DNA of 21,000 nucleotides from Paracoccaceae bacterium (GCA_030065075.1 JASJDQ010000044.1:1-21000), one strand, 5' to 3'. Shown: positions 6,609 through 13,913, numbered from the stretch's first letter. Translations and numbers: made by a program. The notes: generated from the sequence alone by a model not told the origin.

Positions 6609-8963
6609 ATGTTTCTTGGACTAGACGGCGTCGAAATCGGTCTTTTGATCGTTTTCCTGTTCCTCTTCGGGGGCATTCTTTCCGGCTTCCCCGTGGCCTT
6701 CGCGATCGGTGGCTCGGCCGTGATTTCCTTCGGTGTGATTGCCGGGTTGGACAGCGCGGGGTTGCTGATCCACCAAGCGATTGACACCAGCAGTGCGGAA
6801 TTCGCCGCCGTGGTGGCCGAAGGGATACGGGCGGATTCCGTCTCGGTATTCACCCATCCCGACTTACCCCGAATAGCCGAGCCCGTTTTCAAGAACGGGT
6901 GGGAGCAGGCGCTGGACCGGAACGTGTCGTTCATCGTGAACCGGATGAACGAGCGTGTGTTGGCCGGTCAGTCGATTGAAACGCTTCTGGCCGTTCTGAT
7001 GTTCGTACTCATGGGCATCACGCTGGAACGCTCGAAAATCGCGAACGACCTGCTTCTAACGATGGCGCGGGTCTTTGGCCCGCTGCCGGGCGGTCTGGCC
7101 GTGTCGATCGTTGTCGTTGGCGCTTTCCTCGCCGCCTCGACCGGCATCGTCGGCGCGACAGTGGTGACCATGGGGCTGCTCGCGCTGCCGACAATGCTTC
7201 GGAACAACTATTCGCCGGAGCTGGCGACGGGTGTAATAGCGGCTTCGGGCACGCTGGGGCAGATCATTCCGCCATCCATTGTGATCGTCCTTCTGGGCAC
7301 GCTGGCGGGTGACCTGTATTCCGCCGCGCAGGAAGAGCGCGCGCAGTCGGTCGGTTGCTCGGACGCACTGACGTATCTGGGCGAGCCTGCCGTGGTTTCG
7401 GTGGGCACCCTGTTCCAGGCAGCGCTGATCCCGGGGATCATGCTGGCCTTCCTTTATGCCGCCTATGCCTTTGGCTATGCGCTTTTCAACCCGTCCAAAG
7501 CGCCAGCTGTAGAAATGGGGACCACGAATTCGGAAGTCATTACCAAGGGCGAAGCGCTGACGTGGTTCCTGTTCGTGCCCGTTGGTCTGATCCTTGGCGT
7601 GATCCTGTTGTCGGGTGCTAATGTCATCGGCAACCAAAGCGTCACGGTTGGCAGTTTCTCGGAAGCGGGCGAAACGGCCAGTTTGCGGACCAATGTCTCG
7701 CCCGATTGTCAGGCAGCGATGATCGAACTGCATGGGCAAGAGGCTTGGGACGCTGCATTGGCACAACAGTCCGAGATCGACGCCGCCGGAGGCGTTCAGC
7801 AGGCAGAGGAGCTTTCAGAGGAGGCGCGCGCGGCGCTATTGGAACAAAGGCTGGCCGACGCCGCACCGATTGGCACAGGCGTAGCCATTGGCTTCCTGGT
7901 CCTCGCGCTTGTCCTGACCACGGCCATCGGGATTTCGCCGTCGTCCGATCCGCGTCCAATGTGGATTGGCCTCGGCGCGGCGGCATTCGCGCTGTTCGTC
8001 GACGCCGCCTTCATCTCGCCGCTGACCAGTCCCGGGGCGACCTTTGTGCGGCTTGCGATCCCGCTGGCCGTCGTTCTTTGGGCGTGTTCTCACGCCGTCG
8101 AGCGGCTCGGGCGAAACGAGTTGTTGCGCGTGGTCTTCCCACCGCTTGTTCTGATCGTTGCCGTTCTGGGATCGATCCTGGGCGGCATCACCAACCCAAC
8201 GCCCGCGGCGGCGCTGGGCGCGGGTGGCGCCATCATGCTTGCGGCCTATCGCAAGCTGAAGGACGAACACAAAAGCGGCAAGATGATCATCATGGCGAGC
8301 TTTGCGCTGGTCATCATGTTGCTGGTCGGCGTCAACTTCGATCTGCGCGTCAACCAGGGCAATGTCAGCGCCGAGACGTGGATTGCCTTCATCATTGCGC
8401 AGGCCTCGTATCTGTTCGCGATGTTCGGTCTTTTTTATGCCTGCTACGTGCTTTGGGCGGGCGGTGTGCTGAAACCGGTGGTGCGCGAGACTGCGAAGGT
8501 CACGAGCATGGTCTTCACCATCCTGATCGGCTCGCAGCTTCTGAACCTTGTCGTGATCTCTTTTGGGGGTGAGCACTATATCCAGCAGTTCCTGAAGAGC
8601 TTCTCGAATGAGTGGACAGTATTCCTGGTCGTGATGCTGGTGCTGTTCCTTCTGGGCTTCGTTCTCGACTTTCTGGAGATCATCTACATCGTCATCCCGA
8701 TCGTGGGTCCGGTGATCTATGGTGGCTCGTTCGATCCAAAGTGGGTGACGATCATGATCGCGGTGAACCTGCAGACCTCCTTCCTGACGCCGCCCTTCGG
8801 ATTTGCGCTGTTCTACCTGAGGGGCGTGGCACCGCCCGAGGTCACCACGCAGCACATCTATCGCGGCATCGTGCCTTTCGTGCTGATCCAGGTTGTGGGC
8901 CTGGCGATCCTCTGGTTCTTCCCGGACATCGTGACGATCCTTCCGGATCTGATCCCGAACTGA
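6609..8963 (+). CDS. TRAP transporter large permease (DctM family). It is atypically large at 784 aa, with hydrophilic insertions.
   Basis: DctM motifs in both halves (GGLAVSIVVVGAFLAASTGIVGATVV...IIPPSIVIVL; TPAAALGAGGAIMLA; FLEIIYIVIPIVGPV; NLQTSFLTPPFGFALFYLRG). Insertions at about aa 50-115 and aa 341-420. Confidence 0.85.
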   Translation: MFLGLDGVEIGLLIVFLFLFGGILSGFPVAFAIGGSAVISFGVIAGLDSAGLLIHQAIDTSSAEFAAVVAEGIRADSVSVFTHPDLPRIAEPVFKNGWEQALDRNVSFIVNRMNERVLAGQSIETLLAVLMFVLMGITLERSKIANDLLLTMARVFGPLPGGLAVSIVVVGAFLAASTGIVGATVVTMGLLALPTMLRNNYSPELATGVIAASGTLGQIIPPSIVIVLLGTLAGDLYSAAQEERAQSVGCSDALTYLGEPAVVSVGTLFQAALIPGIMLAFLYAAYAFGYALFNPSKAPAVEMGTTNSEVITKGEALTWFLFVPVGLILGVILLSGANVIGNQSVTVGSFSEAGETASLRTNVSPDCQAAMIELHGQEAWDAALAQQSEIDAAGGVQQAEELSEEARAALLEQRLADAAPIGTGVAIGFLVLALVLTTAIGISPSSDPRPMWIGLGAAAFALFVDAAFISPLTSPGATFVRLAIPLAVVLWACSHAVERLGRNELLRVVFPPLVLIVAVLGSILGGITNPTPAAALGAGGAIMLAAYRKLKDEHKSGKMIIMASFALVIMLLVGVNFDLRVNQGNVSAETWIAFIIAQASYLFAMFGLFYACYVLWAGGVLKPVVRETAKVTSMVFTILIGSQLLNLVVISFGGEHYIQQFLKSFSNEWTVFLVVMLVLFLLGFVLDFLEIIYIVIPIVGPVIYGGSFDPKWVTIMIAVNLQTSFLTPPFGFALFYLRGVAPPEVTTQHIYRGIVPFVLIQVVGLAILWFFPDIVTILPDLIPN

Positions 8964-9051
8964 CCCGGGGCGCGCGCTAGAAGCGCAATCTGGCCATAAT
9001 GCGACCAAGAATCTCTGGCACTCCCGATACGCGGGGGTGTCGGAGATTTGT

Positions 9052-9834
9052 ATGCCGTTTCGTTTTCTTTGCCTATTCGGCCTCATTATCGGCCTTTCGA
9101 CTGCTGCTGTTGCTCAGACCAAAGACAGATTGGATCGTCGGGACAAGCTTCTGGGGTTCGAGGCCGTTGGGCTTCTGGAAAGCCGGAACGGCAATTGCAC
9201 TGGCGCATTGATTACGCGCGACGTGGTTCTGACGGCCGCCCATTGCGTGCATGGCAAGGGCGAACAGTTTAAGTTTCGGACCGGTTTCAGCCATGGGTCG
9301 GCCATCGCGACGCGGAATGCCGTGGATGTGGTCATTGCGCCCGCCTATTTGGACGCGGTCGCGCGGGGGGATCGCCGGGCACAGACCCCGAATGATGTGG
9401 CCTTGGTGCGCCTTGCGAGTCCGATCTACGATCCGGGCGCAAACCCTTATGACGTTGCCAATGCCCCAAAAGCCGGCACCCGGTTAACGCTGGTTTCCTA
9501 CGGGCGGGGCCGGATGGAAGCGCTGACAATGGAGCGCGGGTGCAAGCTGAACAGACGTTATCAGAATGGGGTCGTCGCGATGGATTGTTCGGCCACCTTC
9601 GGCTCTTCCGGCGCGCCGGTCTTCGTTCAGTCGGGCGGGCAGCGGCGGATCTTTTCGATCGTTTCCGGTGGCACAGACGAGGTGACCTATGGTGTCGAAC
9701 TGTCCGAAATCGTGCCGGAGTTGATGCGGACGCTTCGGAACAAACGCGCGCTTGCGCCGGTCAGCCGGTCGGCGCGGAGGATTTCGGTCGGCGATCGTTC
9801 GGGTGACAGCATTCGTTTCATACGGCCAGACTGA
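9052..9834 (+). CDS. Secreted trypsin-like (S1 family) serine peptidase.
   Basis: Signal peptide (FRFLCLFGLIIGLSTAAVAQ). Catalytic His in LTAAHCV, Asp in NDVALVRL, Ser in GSSGAP. GGAG SD 6 nt upstream of the ATG at 9052; an in-frame GTG at 9037 is the alternative start. Confidence 0.8.
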   Translation: MPFRFLCLFGLIIGLSTAAVAQTKDRLDRRDKLLGFEAVGLLESRNGNCTGALITRDVVLTAAHCVHGKGEQFKFRTGFSHGSAIATRNAVDVVIAPAYLDAVARGDRRAQTPNDVALVRLASPIYDPGANPYDVANAPKAGTRLTLVSYGRGRMEALTMERGCKLNRRYQNGVVAMDCSATFGSSGAPVFVQSGGQRRIFSIVSGGTDEVTYGVELSEIVPELMRTLRNKRALAPVSRSARRISVGDRSGDSIRFIRPD

Positions 9835-10199
9835 CAATCGCGCCTCCGGGTGCAACAGTCGAGGGAGGTGTCGCCTGCCTTCGGCAGCCGATCCGCTGGG
9901 GCCAGCCCCCAGACCCCCGGGATATTTTCGGGTCGATGGAGAGGCTTTGCAGTTCTCGAACGGGAGAGTGGCCTTTGGGTTCGCGCAACAAAATTACCCG
10001 TTTGCGCAATAATGTTGCGCGGCTGACACAGGGCTGACGCCAGGGAAATTTCCACGGTAGAGCGACTCACCCCGCTTCGCCTATCCATCGCCTCCCGTTC
10101 AGGAAGAAACGGACCCCAACGGTGTGAGTTGATCGCTCAGCCGGTGCATTTGGGCATTGCCCGAGATGTATTCCGGGGCCGGGCCGGAGAGAGCGGTGC

Positions 10200-10274
10200 G
10201 GACGTGTAGCTCAGCGGTAGAGCGGCCGACTCTTAATCGGCTGGTCGGAGGTTCGATCCCTCCCACGTTCACCA
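10200..10274 (+). tRNA. tRNA-Lys (anticodon CUU), with encoded CCA.
   Basis: Cloverleaf folded by hand: acceptor GGACGUG/CACGUUC, D-arm GCUC-AGCGGUA-GAGC, anticodon stem GCCGA/UCGGC with loop CUCUUAA, T-arm GGAGG-UUCGAUC-CCUCC, then ACCA. Confidence 0.85.
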
Positions 10275-10276
10275 TA

Positions 10277-10350
10277 TGCGACGTAGCTCAGCTTGGTAGA
10301 GCATTCGACTGTTAATCGAATTGTCACGGGTTCGACTCCCGTCGACGCAG
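10277..10350 (+). tRNA. tRNA-Asn (anticodon GUU). It starts 2 nt after tRNA-Lys and has no encoded CCA.
   Basis: U8-AGCUCAGCUUGGUAGAGC D-arm. Anticodon stem UUCGA/UCGAA with loop CUGUUAA. T-arm ACGGG-UUCGACU-CCCGU. Acceptor UGCGACG/CGACGCA with U1-A72, as in E. coli tRNA-Asn, and one A-A mismatch at 5:68. Discriminator G. Confidence 0.7.
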
Positions 10351-10353
10351 CAA

Positions 10354-10397
10354 GGGTATGGCCTGCAAAGCCTGGGGTTCGACTCCCCACCACGCCT
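10354..10397 (+). other. tRNA-like 3' remnant: anticodon-loop-like GGCCUGCAAAGCC, then a good T-arm UGGGG-UUCGACU-CCCCA, then CCACGCC. It is too short to be a complete tRNA.
   Basis: The T-arm matches the tRNA-Asn T-loop (TTCGACT). There is no room upstream for D and acceptor arms. It is a tRNA 3'-end-like scar. Confidence 0.3.
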
Positions 10398-10754
10398 GAA
10401 ACGCGTGTTCAAACTTCGGGTCCGGGATCGCCTCAGCGGAGGTGGTTCAACGCCGCGATCTTTCGGGATCAACGCAGCGGATCGCACCCGCTCTGGGCAA
10501 CGGCCCGTGATCGGGGTGATGGCAAATCCGGGCGAGGACCGGGCCGGGTGGATTTCGATCCGCCCCACGCCCCGCCTTGTCCGCCGATGCCCGCTCCCAC
10601 GGCGCGCGCCGCGGCTCATGGCGCGGGGGATCCCGGGCTTTCCCGCCTCTTCCGAGGCTTTACTCCTGTCGGGCGTTCGGCCCGCAACCCATTGATAGCA
10701 ATAAAGGAGATCGCGTCTTGCGACGATGAACCGAGAACCAAAGGAGTAACAGTT

Positions 10755-11888
10755 ATGCGAGTTCTTGATCTGATACTTGGGCGGCATCGCCTGACCCTGA
10801 ACGAAACCGAGCGGGCGCTTGTCCTGCGGAAGGGGCGTTTTGCGGATATCCTCGGCGCCGGTGAGCACGTGCTGCCGCGTCGGAATGTCGACGTGGTCAA
10901 GTACACCCTGGAAGCTCCGCGGTTTCTCTCGGCCTACGAAGACGCGCTTCTGCGGACCCGCCCGGACCTGGTTGAACGGCACCTGACGGTGGTCGAAACC
11001 GGGGCCGACGAGGTCAAGGTCGTCAACCGGAATGGCCGGGCCTATGAACTGGTCACGCCGGATCATCGGATGGTCTACTGGACGGAAGCCGGTGATTGGA
11101 CGGTCGACACCGTGTCGCTGGAGGAGACGCATGAAGTTGATGCCGGACTGGCGCGGCGACTGATGCGGTCGGGGCTGACCCGTGCGCTGACCTCGAACGA
11201 GGTGGCGGACGGCAAGGTCGGGATCCTGTCGGTCGACGGTGTGGTCGAGCGGGTGCTGGAGCCGGGCACGTACTGGTTCTGGAACCTTGGCCGGAAGCAC
11301 CTTGTGAAGCTGGTGGATACCCGCTGGCAAACCCACGAGGTGACCGGTCAGGAGCTTCTGACCGCTGACCGCGTGACCATTCGTGTGAACCTGGCGGCTG
11401 ATTATCGGGTCGTCGATCCGATGGTCGCTATTACCGCGGTTAAGGACTTCGCGGAAGCGCTGCACCTGGCGCTGCAACTTGCCTTTCGGAAGGCGCTTGG
11501 GGCGATGACGCTCGACGCGCTTCTGGCGGACAAGGTGGCAGTTTCGGAAGAAGCTGCGGCCCGCGTCCGGACCGAGATGGTCAAGATCGGCCTTGAGGTC
11601 GGCGAGATCGCTCTGAAGGACGTGATCCTGCCGGGCGAGATGCGCGAGATCCTGAACCGGGTTGTCACGGCTGAAAAGGAGGCCGAGGCCAACGTCATTC
11701 GGCGCCGGGAAGAAACGAACGCAACGCGGTCGCTTCTGAACACGGCAAAGGTGATGGCCGAGAACCCGGTGATGCTGCGGCTGAAGGAGCTGGAAGCTCT
11801 GGAAGCCATCGCGGGGAAGGTCGAACGGCTGACGGTCCACAATGGGACCGAGGGCCTGATGACCGATCTTGTGAAGCTTCGGGAATGA
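10755..11888 (+). CDS. SPFH/band-7 (stomatin/prohibitin/slipin-like) protein with an N-terminal soluble domain of about 160 aa of unknown function and no TM segment.
   Basis: AAGGAG SD 8 nt upstream. SPFH core (TIRVNLAADYRVVDPMVAITAVKDF...LKDVILPGEMREILNRVVTAEKEAEANVIRRREE). The N-terminal region matches nothing recognisable by eye. The long ORF in the track starting at 10293 overlaps the tRNAs and is rejected. Confidence 0.85.
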   Translation: MRVLDLILGRHRLTLNETERALVLRKGRFADILGAGEHVLPRRNVDVVKYTLEAPRFLSAYEDALLRTRPDLVERHLTVVETGADEVKVVNRNGRAYELVTPDHRMVYWTEAGDWTVDTVSLEETHEVDAGLARRLMRSGLTRALTSNEVADGKVGILSVDGVVERVLEPGTYWFWNLGRKHLVKLVDTRWQTHEVTGQELLTADRVTIRVNLAADYRVVDPMVAITAVKDFAEALHLALQLAFRKALGAMTLDALLADKVAVSEEAAARVRTEMVKIGLEVGEIALKDVILPGEMREILNRVVTAEKEAEANVIRRREETNATRSLLNTAKVMAENPVMLRLKELEALEAIAGKVERLTVHNGTEGLMTDLVKLRE

Positions 11889-11896
11889 ACGGGACC

Positions 11897-11921
11897 GGCC
11901 CGGGGAAACCCCGGGCCGGTT
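11897..11921. terminator. Perfect palindrome CCGGCCCGGGG-AAA-CCCCGGGCCGG, a bidirectional intrinsic terminator between convergent genes.
   Basis: 11-bp GC stem with a 3-nt loop. It is followed by TTTGCC on the plus strand, and the SPFH stop is 9 nt upstream. Confidence 0.6.
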
Positions 11922-11928
11922 TGCCTTA

Positions 11929-12522
11929 TCAGGTCGTGACCGGGTCGGGTTGGGGTTTGCGCGAGACACTGATGATCGCGAAGAACGTGGCAAGCGCGCA
12001 GCAGGCAGCATAGATCGGGCCGAGAAACTCGAACAGAACCTCCGGCGATGCCGTTCTCAGCGGCTTGATCGCGCCGAGGCAGAAGGCGCTGATCCACGAG
12101 GCGGTGGAAATGCCGCTGCAAAGCGCAAGCCGCCAGCGCACTTCGAAATTGAACTCGCCGAAGGTCATCGACTGGTTGCGTTCCATGAAGGGCAGGGCAT
12201 ACCGTCCGATCACGACCGCGTTCACCGTCAGAATGGTTACCACGATGATCTTGGCCATCAGCTTTGGCGAGAATTGCGCGGGGTCGAATGCCGTGGCATT
12301 CCAGATCAGGTAAGCGCCCGAAAGCCAGAAGAGTGCAAGGCCCCAGGCAAGTGCCTTGTGGTTGTGATGCAGGCGCTTGAAGTCATTGTCGCTTAGGTTG
12401 CGAAAGGTCGATTTCGAGGCGGTCATGTCGGCCGAAATGACAAGCCAGGCACAGGCCGCCAAGGTGGCGAGGTGCGCGCTTCGCATAAATTCTTCAAGGG
12501 TGGAAAGATCGCCAGAAAACAT
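11929..12522 (-). CDS. Hypothetical integral membrane protein, about 5 TM helices, 197 aa.
   Basis: GAGGT SD 9 nt upstream of the ATG. Five hydrophobic helices. Lower GC than its neighbours. No recognisable catalytic motif. Confidence 0.6.
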   Translation of the reverse strand: MFSGDLSTLEEFMRSAHLATLAACAWLVISADMTASKSTFRNLSDNDFKRLHHNHKALAWGLALFWLSGAYLIWNATAFDPAQFSPKLMAKIIVVTILTVNAVVIGRYALPFMERNQSMTFGEFNFEVRWRLALCSGISTASWISAFCLGAIKPLRTASPEVLFEFLGPIYAACCALATFFAIISVSRKPQPDPVTT

Positions 12523-12647
12523 CTTGGCACCTCGTTAACGTTAAAAACTTGATTAAAAATTCCCTAAAATTTGTGTCTTTTTTTTGTTACCTTCTCGTTC
12601 ATTGAGGGAATTTGAGTTTGCTCTTAACTATCTTTTGCAAGGAATAA

Positions 12648-12673
12648 CGGCCGCCACGGGCAGGTGGCGGCCG
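12648..12673 (-). terminator. Hairpin CGGCCGCC-(10 nt loop)-GGCGGCCG, 24 nt after the stop of the YceI/OmpA gene. Putative terminator.
   Basis: 8-bp GC stem seen in the sequence. The downstream T-tract is weak (TTATTCCTT). Confidence 0.35.
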
Positions 12674-12696
12674 TTGAGCTGACATCGGATTTCGTC

Positions 12697-13755
12697 TTAC
12701 GAGTCCGAAAGAACAAACTCGATTCGACGGTTTGCTTTGCGTCCCTCTACGGTATTGTTCGTAGCAACCGGGTTGCTTTCTCCGTACCCTTTGCTGAGAA
12801 GCCGTTCGGCGGAAATGCCGGCGTTGACGAAGTAATCGACAACGGCATTTGCACGCTGTTCGGACAGGTACATGTTGTACTCTGCCTTTCCGCGGCTGTC
12901 GGTGTAACCAGCGACTTGCAGGATCATACCGGGGCATTTGCTGATGATACGTGCGACGTCGTCCAGAAGCGGGCGGCTTTCAGGCGTCAGGTCCCAGGAG
13001 CTTGGCAGGAAATTGACGTTCCCGCTGCGAGACAGGATTTCGAACCGGCCGAAGCAGGCTTCCCGGTCGAAGTTTCCAACCGGCTCAAGGGCCGCAGCTT
13101 CGGGGGCTGCGACAGACGCCAGAAGTCCATCACTCGTTGCCAGAGGGTCGTTTCTGTCAAAGACCAGATGGAAAAGAACAGAGGTCGCCGGAACAATCTC
13201 GACTTCGGCGGCTTCCTGCAATTTCTGCCGTCCTTCCATGAGGTTGAAGTCTTCGAGCTTCAAGATGACGGGTTGAGCAGCAGCGACCGACACCCGGTTC
13301 TGGCCGATCATCGTGACGATGACCTCGGCCTCGAGCGACTTCGTCATTCCATGCAGGTCAAGCGTGAAGGGAAGCTTCTTCTTGATGCTGCCCCTTGCTT
13401 CCAACCCGTCCAGCAGGTCTTCGGTCAATTGCGCACTGACAACGGCTTTCGGGTGAAGGAAGGTTTCGAAAAACAAAAAGCGCATCCGCACGTTCCGAAG
13501 ATCGACCGACGTGTCGATGCTGTCCAACGCGATTTCAAATTTGGCTGTCCCATCCTCGTCGATTGTCCCACCAAGCCCGGCGAAGGAGGACGATTCCATG
13601 ATCTTGCCCTTCTTCACCGAGATGAAGTGCAGGTTCGACCCCGCTTCGGACAACGTCCAGCCGCCAGCGAAGGGCGAATCATCTGCAAAGGCCGGACCAC
13701 CGAGGGCCATTTGCGCGATAAGAACTGCAGTTGCGAATGCCTTTTTTCCAAACAT
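12697..13755 (-). CDS. Periplasmic/outer-membrane-associated protein: signal peptide, YceI-like (polyisoprenoid-binding-like) domain and OmpA C-terminal peptidoglycan-binding domain.
   Basis: Signal MFGKKAFATAVLIAQMALGGPAFA. The middle region has YceI-like character (WTLSEAGSNLHFISVKKG...DTSVDLRNVRMRFLFFETFLHPKA). C-terminal OmpA-C motifs (AGYTDSRGKAEYNMYLSEQRANAVVDYF...NRRIEFVL). GGAGA SD. Confidence 0.75.
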   Translation of the reverse strand: MFGKKAFATAVLIAQMALGGPAFADDSPFAGGWTLSEAGSNLHFISVKKGKIMESSSFAGLGGTIDEDGTAKFEIALDSIDTSVDLRNVRMRFLFFETFLHPKAVVSAQLTEDLLDGLEARGSIKKKLPFTLDLHGMTKSLEAEVIVTMIGQNRVSVAAAQPVILKLEDFNLMEGRQKLQEAAEVEIVPATSVLFHLVFDRNDPLATSDGLLASVAAPEAAALEPVGNFDREACFGRFEILSRSGNVNFLPSSWDLTPESRPLLDDVARIISKCPGMILQVAGYTDSRGKAEYNMYLSEQRANAVVDYFVNAGISAERLLSKGYGESNPVATNNTVEGRKANRRIEFVLSDS

Positions 13756-13913
13756 GGCGTAATCTCCAACACATGATTTGGTTACTTCTTCGCAAACTGA
13801 TGTGGTGAATTAATGTTCAAATTTTCGCAATTAAGGACAAATGATGCCATCTTTTTGCACGAATTTTACACAATAAAAGTTTCGAGTGACTTGTGAGTTA
13901 GAAAGCGTGAACA

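Noticed and set aside
7836-9086. 416-aa minus-strand ORF antisense to dctM, plus several 60-290 aa ORFs within 7056..8572
   Set aside because: Extremely Arg/Asp/His/Gln-rich low-complexity translations that overlap a well-supported permease gene. They are artefacts of high GC.
10354-10397. Possible third complete tRNA (tRNA-Cys GCA) after tRNA-Asn
   Set aside because: Only a T-arm and a weak anticodon-like loop are present. There is no room for D-arm and 5' acceptor, and the anticodon stem has only 3 bp. It is treated as a tRNA 3' remnant and not as a gene.
10293-10754. Upstream extension of the SPFH ORF to 10293
   Set aside because: It would overlap the tRNA-Asn gene. A strong AAGGAG SD precedes the internal ATG at 10755, and the upstream translation is low-complexity.
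10269-12011. 580-aa minus-strand ORF spanning the tRNA genes and the SPFH gene, and the 124-aa and 60-aa ORFs overlapping the tRNAs
   Set aside because: They overlap two well-folded tRNA genes and lie antisense to an SPFH protein with clear motifs. Composition is Arg/Pro-rich.
12664-13776. 370-aa plus-strand ORF antisense to the YceI/OmpA gene
   Set aside because: The minus-strand protein has a signal peptide, an SD and canonical OmpA-C motifs. The plus-strand translation has no features.
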